A DNA stretch of 64,000 nucleotides from Yuukianura sp. NJ FZ-2021. Taxonomy: Eukaryota. The notes below the pieces were generated by a model. That model had not been told where the DNA came from. It did not search any database and was given only the letters and a program-made list of their open reading frames with translations. Shown piece by piece: positions 39,183 through 52,535 of this stretch. The translations under genes and the position numbers were made by a program. The first letter of the stretch is position 1, and the number at the start of each line of letters is the position of its first letter. The stretch lies in assembly GCA_046563655.1 (NCBI GenBank), contig CM102284.1, forward strand, positions 5,208,001 through 5,272,000, given 5' to 3'.

Positions 39183-42009
39183 ATGTTAGCAGAACTAATT
39201 GCTTTTTTAGTTGAGTGGACAACGGTAGTAGTTGCAGGAGTTTCCGGATTCATTGTTTTCTTGTACAAGTACTTCTGGGATGACACCAACGAAGTATGAA
39301 TTTTTCCACGATAAAATATTCATAATTTTGATTCAGAATTTTTGTTATGTCATCTACAAAGCTGGTTCTATCGAAATTGTTAAACATTTCCAAAAAATAT
39401 GATTTTTTTTGGCAGGAAAGGCAGCGATTACGCAAAGTTTTGGAGCGAAAGACACTCGAACGTCATGCGGAATTTGAGCGTCTTCGGTCTACGTATGGAC
39501 TTGGACCAGAACAAAAAGAGATTCTGAATTTATCTTGGGAAGATCTCACAGGAAAATTGCAAAAGAGAGAACTCAAAGCATCACAGGTTCTGGAAGCTTA
39601 TATTGCAAAAGTAAGTTTTTTCAAGGAAAAAAACTTGAGAATTTTAATTTTTAGCAATTTTCCGTAATTTGCTAAAATCGCTAAAAAGTGCTTTGCTAAA
39701 ATTGAATCTTGGAATTCTTTGATGTTTTCACCGTTTTCAGGCCTTAGAGGTTTCAGAAAGATGCAATCCCGTTACCGATTTCATTGCAACCGCTCATGTA
39801 AGTTGCCATTGAAAATACTATAGTGTGATGATTGTTGTGCAATTGCAAATCAAAGCTTAATTCAATATTTTTGTTGTGACCTTTTGACCTTTAGGCACGT
39901 GCCAAAGAACTAGACGAAATGAAGGAGGTCAAAGGTCCTCTGCATGGAGTTCCATTTGCAGTAAAAGATGACACGTCAGTTCAAGGACTAGATAACACAC
40001 ATGGATTTGTGAAGAGACTGTACAAACCTATGACCGAAAGCGCCGTCCTAGTCAAAGTCCTGGAAGATCTGGGCGCTGTTCCATTTTGGTAAAAAAAAAA
40101 TTGGCAAAAACAAAATTCCAAATTCGGAAAAACTATGACATTCCTTTGAAAAATTCCAGCAAAACAAATGTTCCACAGACGCTGTTTACCTATGGAAGTA
40201 AGTTCAAAAAAGTTCTAAATCTTTTGGAAACATGAGATTTTACAGTACTATGTAATACTAAAAAACATAAATGTGTATAAAATATAAATATGAACTTCTT
40301 AGGTGATAATCCAGTATTTGGAACAACAACAAATTGTCACAATCCGAAATTGGGCCCTGGAGGGAGTTCCAGTGGCTCCGGGGCGCTCGTTGGTGCAGGC
40401 GGTTGTATGTTTGCTACTGGGTCTGATGTAAGGGCTCGAAAATTCTGAGTTTGAATTTTGAAAACTTAGAATTTTGAATTTCAAAATTTTGAATTTTGAT
40501 CTTTTTTTAAAGATTGCCGGTTCTCTCCGCATTCCAGCCCACTTCAATGGTGCGTCTTCCATAAAACCAACGTGTGGTCGCATCAGTTTAAAAGGCTTAG
40601 ATGGGTCACTGCCGAATATCACTGGAGTCGAAGTTTCATTGGGAATCATTGGTCAAAATCCTACAGTTGTCTCATCAGTCACAAAACATGTGATTGAAAG
40701 TGGACTACAACTCAAGTACGACACAAGAGCGTTGCCAATTCAGTGGAACCCTCAAGTAAGTTCTTCAAAATTTTGAAATGTGAAAACACAAAAACAACTT
40801 TTGCAATTTTTTTAGGCTTTTGAGTCCAAAGAGAAACTTCGAATTGGCTACTGCACATCAATGCCTTTCTTCCCGACGATGGGCGACTCTGCCGAAGTTC
40901 TTTTGAAAGCGAAACAAGCTCTGGAGTCGCTAGGTCACACACTAGTTCCAGTGGAATTGCAGGATGGATACAAAATCATGAGACTGTGCGGAAATCTCAT
41001 GTTGGCAGACGGGGCACGTCACTTTAAAAAGTGTTGGTAAGTGACCTTTGACCTTCGCCTTTCAATTGTTGAATTCTCATGTCTTCTCATTTTTAGGAAG
41101 GGAGAAGAAATTGCAAGTGGGGTGAAATTGCTCTGGATCGGTTCGAAAATTCCAATGTGCTTGCAAAAACTTGTGGGTCGAATTATGACGTCCAAGGTCA
41201 TTCCGTTTTTACATTCGAAGAGGTCAGGGGTCATGTTTGGCTCAGGCGCCCAGAAGTCCACGGACATTTGGGATGCCATGGGAGACAAGCAGGTTTTGAT
41301 TGACGAAACGACCAGTCAGTGGGAGCATTTGAAATTGGACGGACTCATTTGCAATGTCATGCCATTTCCGGCACCACTTGTAGATTCACCCGGAATGCTG
41401 CCAGGTAAGTAGCATACTGTTTATTTTTACATGTTTTGCATGTTTCAGCACATGGAACGGCTAAAAAAATTCACATGCTATAGTTTTAGTCTAAAAGATA
41501 GAAATTTTGACAGAAATAATTTTTTTGCGAGGTATGTGAAAAACTAATTTGGGGTTTTTTGAAAATTAATTTTTAGCTGCAGCCTCGTACTGTGCTCTCT
41601 GGAATCTGGTGAGGATGAAATTTTGAAGATAAAATTTACAAGCAATTGCAATTAAAATTTTAATTAAAGGTGACAAAAATTTATCAAGTTTTTAACCTCG
41701 TTTTAGGTGGACTTCCCTTCCGGTGTTGTGACAATGGGAACTGAATCAGGGAAAAATCTGCGAGTTTACGATGATGAAGGAGATATGACACTCAAGTTGG
41801 CAAAGAAGGTATTGAGTCAATTTTCTAAAAATTTTGAAAACCGATTTTTGAAATTTTGAAATTTGAAAAAATTGCAGAGTGTGCAAGAGTCTGCAGGAGC
41901 TCCAATTGGTATCCAAGTGGTAGGCAGGCCGTTCAAGGAGGAAGTTGTTTTTAGATTAATGAAGGAGTTAGAACCGTTCAACACATTTAAATCAGCAATC
42001 AAAAGTTGA
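39183..42009 (+). CDS. FAAH: FAAH-A: fatty-acid amide hydrolase 1-like amidase with an N-terminal transmembrane helix
   Basis: N-terminus MLAELIAFLVEWTTVVVAGVSGFIVFLYKYFW. Amidase signature GPLHGVPFAVKD (catalytic Lys), KTNVPQ, PGGSSSG and GSD|IAGSLRIPA (both catalytic Ser). FAAH1-type C-terminus VDFPSGVV..GAPIGIQVVGRPFKEEVVFRLMKELE. TGA 42007-42009. Confidence 0.9.
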
Positions 42010-42907
42010 ATATAAAAGATTGTGATAAAGTTATCCAATGATTTGTTTAAATTGATTTTTCTAAAGTTAAAATCTCCCAAATTCATTGAAGTTTTCGGAT
42101 TTGCGGAAAGTAAAAAATTTCAGATGAAAAGAATCACAATAAACAAAAACTTCACGGTCACAAATTATAATCGAAATTATCTAAATTTCATCATTGCATG
42201 ACAAAATTTGCGCAATGTTATTGCAGCTTCCAGGAAAAAAATTTTTTTCACCTTGTCGAAACATACTCAATTTTGACAAAAATTTCGACAATTACTATTT
42301 GATTCCACAATCTCCAAAACAAAATTTCCCACGATTTATGTGCTTAAAATTCAAAAAGTTACACCAAAGTGTTGTTTTCGTTGACTGATTACAGAAATGA
42401 GTTTAACCTTAGCCAGGATGTCAGAGGTCACGAGACTGACTTGGTTCAAGCAACGTTAAGTGATGAATTTCACTTTCAATGTTAAACATTTACGTTAGAA
42501 TGTTAGTTGTGACAGTTTCGATATACATTCGGCAGCCGTATTTGTGGCTTCTGCATTAGTTCATCCTAAAGCAAATATGTGTAAGCACTAGACCAAAATA
42601 CAAGGTTATGCTAACCTAAACCTTTGCTCTTTCAAGAGACCAAAGTCTAAATTTAGTTTATAGTCTTCAGCAACCTCATGACAGCACTTGTGAACTTTAT
42701 CGTGCAAACAGATCCGGGTCCGGGTTCCCAATTTGCACTTGATAACTGCTGACCACTTTGTCACTTTCAATTTCCTTGTTTAAATTTTTCTTAATTAGTA
42801 TATTTTGCAAACTTTTTTGATACCAGCACTTGCTGCAAAAATATTTTGTAAAATAAGAGTCTGCATTCGTTATACATATGCTTGTTCGTCTAATCTGAAA
42901 TCTGGAA

Positions 42908-45438
42908 ATGATCAAGACACAAGCTCAGAAAGTCGTGCGCCCTACGGTAAGTCTAAATTTTGAAATGTACAGTGACTTTTTTACAAATGCTGAGCAATTT
43001 TTTTTACTAAAAACAATTTCCTTAGAAAAATAATAGGAAATAAACCCACTTTTTTTCTTCGTTTTTTTTTTACAAAATTGTATTTTTTTAAACTTTATAT
43101 TTGTGTAGGGCAGAAAAGAAATTTTGAAACTTGTAAAACGAAAGCAAGCAGAGCGAGAAGAGGAGTTTAAGCGTCTGCGCGGTTTGTACAGCTTAGGCCA
43201 AGATGAAGAACGAATCGTTGGACTAGGATGGGACAACCTTGTAGGATCACTGCAAAGTCGACAGTTGTCAGCAACAAAAGTTCTAGAAGCATTTATAGCA
43301 AAAGTAACCAAAACAGGATTTTAAAAAATTGAATTTCAAAAAATTTCGAAACAGGTTAAAACTTTGTATATTGTTGTGTGTATAGGCTTTGGCAGTTTGC
43401 GAAAAATGCAACCCCGTAACCGAGTTCATTCCACAGGCACATGTACGGCTAAATTGTAAAATTCAACATTTGTCGGTAGAATTTTTTTGAAAAGTTACGA
43501 TTTTTTGTAAAAGTAGACATGGGCCAAGGAGTTGGACAGTCTGGCAGAGGTCAAAGGCCCTCTACACGGAATTCCATTCTGTGTGAAAGATGATACCAAC
43601 GTTATTGGTATGGATACTTCACATGGGTTTGGCAAAAGACTGTACCAACCTGCTTCTGAATCAGCAGTCATTGTCAAAATCCTTCAGGATCTCGGAGCCA
43701 TTCCATTTGCAAAGACAAACGTAAAACTTCAAACTTTTTGAATCCAGGTTTTCAAAATTTTCAATTTTTTGAAAACTTTTCCAAAGGTTCCTCAAGGTCT
43801 CTGTAACATTGGAGGTACAAACAACGTTTGGGGCAAAACTACAAATGCACATAACCCAGAGCTGAGTCCTGGTGGGAGCAGTAGTGGGACTGGAGCACTG
43901 GTGGCTTCCGGTGGGGCCCTGTTCGGGACTGGATCTGATGTGGGTTCAAAATTTTGCAAAATCATAAAAACGAAAAAACTCTAAACTTCTTTTTGAAAAT
44001 CCTCCATTAGCTTGGCGGTAGTCTCAGAATTCCAGCGCATTTCAATGGTGTAGCGACCGTGAAACCTTCGGTAAACCGAATCAGTGGAAAAGGATTCATT
44101 CCGCCGGTACATCCCCCTGCGGTTGGAGTCACTGCAGTCGTGGGGGTCATAGGTCAAACGCCCAGCATCTTGGCAGCAGTATACAAAGCAATTATTGAAA
44201 GCGGTCGAAGTCATCTCTACGATCCATTTGTTCCACCAACTCCTTGGAATTCTACGGTAAAACTTCAAATTCCCAAATCTGCGAATCGTCCAAATTTTGA
44301 AATTTTCTGAAACTTTTTTCTTCTAAGATGTTTGAATCCAAGAAAAAATTGAGAATTGGCTATAATACTGCCATGCCTTTCTTTCCACCAATGGGAGACA
44401 GCAGCCAAACAGTTTTAGACGCCAAAGCAGCACTGGAGTCACTCGGTCACACTTTGGTTGAAGTCACACTTCCTGAGCCAGAGCGATTCTTTACATTATT
44501 TGGGAAGATGATGCTGGCGGATTCCCGGGATTTCAAAAATATTTGGTTAGTGAGTATCATGTCGGTTTTAAATTCGATAGTTCTTTTTAACGTTTTCCCG
44601 AAATTTCGGTTTTGCTGTTTCTAGGAAAGGCGAAGAGATCACCAAGGATAATGAACTGGTAAAAATGATAAGTGCTCCACAGTGGCTTATTCCGTTAGCC
44701 CGAAGTCTAACCACTGCTAGATGGATTCCTAACCTCTACTCCAAAGTTCAAGCCATTTTTCTAAGCAAAACAGCTCAAACATCCGTGGAACTCATAGATT
44801 GTGTAGCAGAGAAAACTGAACTCATCAAAGAACTTTTAGCAGAATGGGAAGAACTGGAATTAGATGGACTGATTCACAATGTCTCTTCAATTCCTGCCCC
44901 ACATGCTAAACTTGTTGCAAAAATAAGTCGTAAGTTACACTAAAAGTCAAAAACTGATTGAGCAAACGTATAGTTAAGTGAACTAAAATCAATTTGTTCC
45001 TTTGCCTAGCTTCCATGGTGTATACAGTTTTGTGGAATGTGGTAAGGCGAAATTATTTTTCGCTTTTGAAAAGGTTATACAGATGGTAGGATTGCTCTTG
45101 ATTTTTTAGAATTTGTGAAATTTTTAGGTCGAATTTCCAGCAGGAGTTGTCACTTTTGGAACCGAATCAGGTCAAAGGTTAGCAGAGTTTGATGACCGAG
45201 GGGACGTTGTGCTTAAAAAGGCCAAAAAAGTAAATTTCTGAAAAAAAAAACGTTTTTAAAAATTTATCATAACTTTTCAAAATATCATGTTTTTTTTTAA
45301 ATTTTGCAGCTTATGACAGAGTCCATTGGAGCTCCGATTGGAATTCAAGTGATTGGAAAGCCATTTCAGGAAGAACTTGTTCTAAGGATTATGAAGGAAC
45401 TCGAGCCTTTTAATACATTTAAGTCAAAATTAATATAG
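42908..45438 (+). CDS. FAAH: FAAH-B: tandem FAAH1-like amidase paralog (5' end uncertain)
   Basis: MIKTQAQKVVRPT|GRKEILKLVKRK; GPLHGIPFCVKD; KTN|VPQ; PGGSSSG; GSD|LGGSLRIPA; VEFPAGVV; GAPIGIQVIGKPFQEELVLRIMKELE. TAG 45436-45438. Confidence 0.88.
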
Positions 45439-45493
45439 AACATACATATGTGCTTATAATATAATAAATAAATTAATAAAATGTAAAACAAAA

Positions 45494-46749
45494 TTAAATG
45501 CCAGCGACTTGTCGAATCCAATTTCGGTAGTAGCTGACTTTGGAGTAAACTCCGAGGCCTCCGCAATGAGCTCCAGCAGACACGACGCCACAGCAAACCC
45601 AACCAGAAGCTGTGTCTGACGATGGACACATCAGAGGACCTTTTGACGAAAAAGTTTCAAAATTCGAAAGAGAAAGTCACAAAAGTTGACTTTTTTCAAA
45701 ATTGAAAGCAAGTCTGACCTCCACTGTCTCCGAAACAAGCTGACTTTCCGTCTCCACCAGCACAAACGACTGCGTCGGAAATATGAATCGGAGTTTGATT
45801 GGCGCTGGAGTCGTAGTATTTTTTACATTCAGCATTGGATACAATCGGAATCCGAACTTTGAGCAAAGCGTTGGGCTGAGTCTGCGAAGTTTCACTTTCA
45901 ACTCCCCATCCCGCTACGACCACATACCCTGATTTGAAAATTTGAAATTTTTTAAAACCAATTGTACAGAACACAATACACAAGACTTTTGTCAAAGTGT
46001 TACCGTCGGCGACATAGTCGTCCCCCACAAGATCAATTGCAGTGACGCGATTGTTGAATTCAAACGGAGACTGAAGCCGGAGTACAGCAATGTCATTCTG
46101 ACCGTTCATCCTGTTATGAATGCCAGAAAAGTTTAAAATTTCAGTTCATTTTTGATGAAAAACGTAATTGGTCAACGTACAGGAGGGGAAAATTACGTTT
46201 TTTTAGTGAATTTGAAGGTTAAAGTTACGTTTTTCTCACATTGAGAAATATTTGTGAACGGAAATATTTCTGACAGCATGGGACACTTCGTAGCCCGACG
46301 GTGTCTTAAGGGAATGGACTCCAGCAGTGACTACATAGCGTGACACATGCGCAGTTCCACAGTGCCCAGCAGTCAGTACCAACGACGGACTGATCAACGC
46401 TCCGCCGCAAAATTCTGCACGAGTCAAGGTCAAAGGTCAAGTTAAGTGAAAACCCTAATTTTAACTTAATTGTTCTCAGATTAATGTTAGGTAAGTTAAA
46501 TAATTTACCTTTGTCAGTTTTAATGGTAACCATCCATGGGAATTCTCCTGCAGACGCTTCAACCCCGCCAACAATTTTGTCCGAGCAGTAGACGAATCCT
46601 GAAATTTCAAAATTAGGTATAATAGACCTTATTCCATTACAATTAGGTTAGTGTGGTTAGGTTAAAATTAAGTTAGGCTAAACCTAACTCCTGAACTTAC
46701 TACCAATCGATGTGAAGACCAAGATACAGAAGAACTGCAAGTTGTGCAT
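45494..46749 (-). CDS. Small secreted S1A serine protease, chymotrypsin-like (Ser at position 189), catalytic triad intact
   Basis: Signal peptide MHNLQFFCILVFTSIG; activation site DK|IVGG; EFPWM; FCGGALI; TAGHC; NDIAVL; GKSACFGDSGGPL; GVYSKVSYYRNWI. TAA at 45494. Confidence 0.92.
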
Positions 46750-47352
46750 CGTTCCAAAATGGCGATTAGGTGAGTTAAGTTAAAGTCACAAAGCGAGCAC
46801 TAAAAGTTTTCGAGAAGTCGAATGTGCTTCTACTGTGTAGTTTTGTCGAAAGTTTTTTGTAATTTCAGATTTTTAGTTGCAACTTGCAATTGAATTTGGA
46901 ATTTTCTTTTGTTTAAAAAGGTTCCCCTTTTTGTTCTATTTTGGTTTTTAAAATTTCAAAAAAAGGTTTCAAAGAATTTGTTAAGTTGGGAAGCTTTTTA
47001 TACAAAGGCAGCAAAAAATCCGCACTAAAAAAGTATCTGATTTGTAGTTTGGCAAGTTTTAAAACATGAATGCAGATCAGGTTAGTATTGCCTAACCTAC
47101 ATTTATGTTTCTCGTATTAAAAACTTGACAGAACGAAGATGAATTTATCCTCTGGTTCACTTTTCTTGTTTATGCATTTTGAAAATGAACAAAATCAAAA
47201 GTTTGCATGACTTGATTTCTTTCAGTTTCAATCGTGGCCCAGTGACTTAGGAGTCAAGTTCATAGGTCAATAACAACAATCAACCAATTTAAGCAACTTT
47301 TGTATTTTTCTTTACTCTTTTATTCTTTCCGACGAGGTCAATGACTTTTGAC

Positions 47353-48603
47353 ATGAACGCGATCCGAGTGACCTTACAACTTACTTCAGTGACATTAGCA
47401 TTTGTGCTACTTCCGACTTATATCAATGCCAACTACGAAACGGAGGACACAATTGTTCTTGAAGGCAAAAAGAGTTCTACATCTTCTATTTTTAATTAAT
47501 TTGTGCTTTTTTAATGAATTAAAAAATATTTTTATTGTATCAATGTTGATTTTAGCAATCAAAGGAGAAGAACCGAAAGAAAATCCAGACGCTCCAGGAC
47601 CAAAACTGTTTCCGTTTTTGGTATTGCTTTACGTTCGAAACTTTACAAATTAGTTCAAAATTTTGAAAATCAAGATTTCTAAAAAATCACAAATCTTTTT
47701 TCAACAAATTTTAGGTTTCGATTACCAAAGATGGAAAGAACATTTGTTCGGGTGCACTCTTAAATAAGCTTTACGTTTTGTCCAGTGCGTACTGCATGCA
47801 AAAGTAAGACTAGAAAACGCTTTCATTATCTGAAAATTTAAACTTAAAAGACGCCAAATGTCAAAAACTTATCATTCCTTGTGGCATTTAGGTTTCAAAA
47901 TTTATTTTAAACGATTCTTATTTCAAAATTTTAGCATTTCAAATGAAGAGATCTCAAAGTACCAACTTGGAATTGGATTCAAGTCGCTTGGTGGAGACGA
48001 AAAAGTTTCAGATGACAGAGGACGTGAAGGGCCCTACTATGTTCGGAGGGTCACCAAGGTCATCATGGACAGAGGATTCTATTACCAGTCCCTCAAAATG
48101 GTACTTTCAAATAATATATATATATTATTTATTTAATTTTATATCATTTCTAGCAAAATAGTCTGCTACTCCTAAAACTCGACACTGAGGTGATATTCAA
48201 CGACCACGTTCAGCCCATCTACCTCAGCGACAACTCCACTATTCCTGCACATCGTCGGAAACATCCGCTTCCGCCAATTCGAACCGCGTTGCTCTCCGGA
48301 TGGCGCAAGGGCAACGAGGTCAAAGGTCGTGACATGACATTTCTGCGCGGAGTGACACTGCGCGTGTACAGTTACGAAGAATGTCGCAAGGAATTTCTAA
48401 ATTCAACCAAATTAGACGAAGTCATCTGCGCCAACATTCCGACAAACAATCCATGTCAGTTCAGTATCGGTTCGCTCTTGTCCGCGAAACGGTACGGACG
48501 GACTTATCTGATTGGTCTACGAGAACGTGACTGTCACTTCCCCAGCGTCTTCACACGATTAGAGTACTTCGTTCCTTGGATTCGACGTAACCTCGTCCAC
48601 TGA
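47353..48603 (+). CDS. Secreted serine protease homolog without a clip domain; all three catalytic residues lost
   Basis: Signal peptide MNAIRVTLQLTSVTLAFVLLPTYINA (an in-frame ATG also lies at 47341). FPFL|VSI..ICSGALL..LSSAYC (His to Tyr), QNSLLLLKL (Asp to Ser), PCQFSIGSLL (GDSGG lost), PSVFTRLEYFVPWI. Confidence 0.8.
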
Positions 48604-49196
48604 AACCACAAAACCACAAGAACATATGCCATCAATCACCAGGCATGCGCAGACGCAATCAGAGCATCAAATTTTATACAAAACACTTTGGAAAAAGCAC
48701 TTAACTTTTTTAATAAGAGTTTTCACGCTTTTATTCATAACAAAAAACAATTGAGATCCAATGAACTACATTCGATTAAAATGTCGGTTGAGTTACCGTT
48801 TCGATTGAGAAAGACAATAAATGGAAGTTTTTTGTAGTTTCCGCTAAAAGAAAAGTTCTTTGAAATGAAGTGTAACTGTATGACTTTGTAACAATGAGGC
48901 ATAACAATGGTTACACTTTTTATGAAAAACGAGGTATGTCATTGGGTCACAAAACACAAAAACCAGAAGTTCCAAGTAGGTCAAGTTCTTGGATTGGAAT
49001 CATATCACTTTTGGTGACCTCAAATTCTGCATGCGCAGGAGGTACTTTGCGCAGTTTCTTTTTCTGGGATGCTGTCGGTTAATTTCAAGTGAAATTCAAG
49101 TTTTATTGAAATTGCAATCGTGGTAGTTGAAGTGTGGCGTTGCGGAAGGACAGTTCAGGAGACATCAGTTGAACAGTAAGGTTCTGACTGGACACA

Positions 49197-52100
49197 ATGT
49201 GGTCACTAGTGCTCAAGGTCAGTTTGGTACTCGGAGTGACCTTGACCTCAACAGTGGTGAGTCGTAAGGTCGAATGGACCGATGATGACACAATCATCGT
49301 CGAAGGTAATTTGCCAAAGTCTTTTGGATCCATTTGAACAGCATTTTTTGCAAATAGTGCAACCTATTATTTTAGCACTCATTCAACTAGTACCATTTTT
49401 GAAATACTTCAAATTATCGATTTATTTTGTATTGGATGGATTTCAAATTTAAATTTCAAAATTTCACTTTCAAAATTTCAAATTCAAAGTAATAAATGCA
49501 ATATACATACACAAAAACACATTGTGTGTACCTGGATGGAAAATTTGTGTTCAACCTTCGAAATTTTGAAAAAATTTTTTAAAATTTTGACGAAAATTTT
49601 GATTGGAAGCGACTAGAGAAGAAGACGCTCCGAACGCCGTGTTTGAGCGGAACGACATTCCATTCTTCTACTACGCTCCACCAATCCCGTCACTTCAAAA
49701 AAGACGAGGTCACGGCAAAGGTCAAAGGGTCAAACGCAGTGACCCTGGCAAGGGGTACATTCACACATGCTACACCGTACTGGGTGACCAAGGATACTGT
49801 ACTACATTCAACGAATGCTTTCCAATGCTCTACTACACTGAGGGAGATCACAAAGGAGAAATCAAGCATCCAGTACTGGCTGACCTCTTGATGTCAACAT
49901 CCGGACCGTGTCAACCACCACCTTTGTCATTCAGAGATGGTAAAAACCTCAACATTCAAAATTTCGAAATGAAAAAGGAAACAATTGAAATTCAAATTTT
50001 CCAAAACTGTCAAACTTTTGCAGATTTTGTACCGTATGAAGGAAGTGAGGAAGAAGGAGGTCAACAACCTCTGACGACCTTGGATTTCGTCAACCGAAGA
50101 GATTTGATATGTTGTCCATCAACTAAGTCTACACCTATTCCCCCATCAGGGGAACATTCAAAATATCCAACTGTTCCAACTATGTTACCAGTAATTGAAC
50201 GAGTTCAAATGCGAACGACTCCCAGTACCACGACTAACAAACCGGTACTTCAGGATTCCGAAACCGACGAACCCGAAGTAGTCAGCACTGCGCAGAAGCA
50301 AGATGCCGTAGCCGGCTTCATTGCAGCTTCGTATCAATTTCCAACTGGAGATGCTGCTCCGCCTCCTCCAAGAATTCCAACCACTTCCAAGCCGAATCCT
50401 AGCGTGGGTCAATGGGGTCACCGAATTCCGACTCGGAGCACAACGGCACTTCCGAAACTTCCCGACAATAATCTTGCTGAAGCTGTCTCAGAAAATGACG
50501 AATCAGAAGAGAAGGAAGTTAATGAAATTATTGCTGCATTTATAAAATCTACCAAGACGCCGCCCACTATGCCAACATCTCGACCTCCGGCATATGTAAA
50601 AACGAATCGACCGAAGTTACCGGTCAAAGGTCAATCATCTGACGTATCTAGCGACATATCGGTCAAAGGTCAATCGGCTGATGCATTTGCACCAATGGTA
50701 ATCCGGAAACCAGTCGACAAAAGTCCAGCTAGTACCGTTCACCAAAAGCTGACATTCCCGCAACCTAGTGGCTCCGTTCCACCTTCGACCGAGAAAGCAC
50801 CGGATGTGGACGCCAGTGTACCGATTCCTGGTGTCGTTTCAGCATCGGCGTCTCGGCCTTCAACAAAACCGAAACGGCCAATCCAACCTATTCAAAATCA
50901 GGATCCTACAATAGGAGATGTCTATGTTCCGGTCATCAGCGTAGGGTCAATGACCCCTGATGACCAGATTATTATGCCAATGCCTCCTCCAACAACTACT
51001 ACTACAACTACTGCTCCGTCTACAGTAAAATTTTCATCGCTGCAAAACAGTACGCCAAAACCAACACCGCCAGACGCTGCTCCGGCGTTTCCGTTCCAAG
51101 CTACCAAAGTTCAACTTGTGACCGGGACGAGTGGGCCGTCAGCGATCGCTCCTTCGCAACAAATTGAGCACAGTGACGCTTCGGGTCAATTCTCGAATTT
51201 GACTGAATCTGCATCTAGCGCAGCCGTAGCTCCTGAAATTGATGCTAACCCTGTACAACCTGATGCAGGAGGTGCTCAGATGACCTTTGCCCCAGAGATT
51301 GCCGAATCTTCGGTTCCTGAAATCACGACAGTGTCTACGACAACGACTACAAAATTTCCACCAATTGTCAAGGCTCCCTGTGGACGGCTGAACAGCACCT
51401 CTGATCCCAAGTACCCCTGGGTTGTAAGTATCCCGTTCCCTTAGAACTCTTTTTTTTTGAATTTTTGTAATTTGTGAGAGTTTTTTGTCCAGGCCGCGAT
51501 TAAACTAGGACCAAAGTTCATCTGCGCCGGTTCTGTAGTAAGGAAATCAATATTAAGGAATATGTCAAGGTCAAAATAAAAATTATATGCTGTTGTTGTT
51601 CGTTTTAGATCGACGAATATCACATTCTGACCTCTGCAGCCTGCGTTGCACAGTAATCTGTTTCCAATTTTTTCAAAATTTTAAAACAAAACAAAAAGTT
51701 TTCATTTCTTTTAAACTTTCAAATTTCTTCTCCAGTTTGTCCAGTACTGATATTGGGAAACTACGTGTTTACTTGGGCGAGAGGATTTTGAATTCTAACA
51801 TGGATGGTCCAACTATTATTCGGAAAGTTTTAAGAACAATGCGACACCGTGGATTTTCTGTCACCACATTGGTAAGAGTACAGAAATTACAAAAATTTTC
51901 ATAAAAGCAAAGTGATTTTAACTGAAAAAACTGAAATTTTGAAATTTCAGCGCCACGACATAGCTCTGCTAAAATTGAGCTTGCCGATTCCAATTGGAAC
52001 TAAGCGGGTGATGCCAGTTTGCTTACCGCTGGAAGACGACAGTGACTTGATGCTGGAATCTTCTGCTGAAATTGTTGGCTGGAGCTCCAATTGGAACCAA

Positions 52101-52535
52101 GTTCAAAACGAAGTGACGCAGGAGAGTCGCTTGGCCATTTGGAGCAAAGACGCGTGTATTGACAAGTATCGCTTCTTCATTCCTGACACGCACTTTGATG
52201 ATGAAGACATGATCTGTGCCCAAACGAGAACTGACATTCCGAAAAGCCAAAAAGCTCTGGCCAATCCGGTACCGCAGACGCAGGTCAACAAATTTTGCAA
52301 CATGTATTTAAAAAAAGAAATGAGCGTTTACTTTTACTTTCACCGTTTCTTTTCAAAATTGTTTTAGGAAGTTGAAACAGACGGAAGTCCGTTGATTGTG
52401 AAAGGTCAAACTGGAATTTACCAACAAATTGGCATTAGTTCCTGGAAACTGGGATCAATATCTAACTTTCCTCTGGTTCTCACGAGAGTTAGCGCCTATC
52501 GTCACTGGATTGAAAAGAATCGTCTGAGACCATAA
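49197..52535 (+). CDS. Clip-domain serine protease homolog with a very long Pro/Thr/Ser-rich linker
   Basis: Signal peptide MWSLVLKVSLVLGVTLTSTVVS; RVKR; clip CYTVLGDQGYCTTFNECFP..GPC..ICCP; roughly 400-aa mucin-like linker; CG..YPWV; LTSAAC (His to Ala); HDIALL; ETDGSPL in place of GDSGGPL; TRVSAYRHWI. TAA 52533-52535. Confidence 0.85.

Noticed and set aside
45421-45438. FAAH-B C-terminus ..KSKLI as a peroxisomal targeting signal
   Set aside because: SKL is not terminal because an Ile follows, so it is not a PTS1.
46640-46690. TTAGG/CCTAA-like units here and at about 30165-30180
   Set aside because: Only two to four degenerate units, too short to call interstitial telomeric sequence.
49940-50023. 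Read-through segment within the 613-aa ORF
   Set aside because: It is an 84-nt stop-free GT-AG intron (AT-rich, similar position to introns in the paralogs), not evidence of a longer clip domain.
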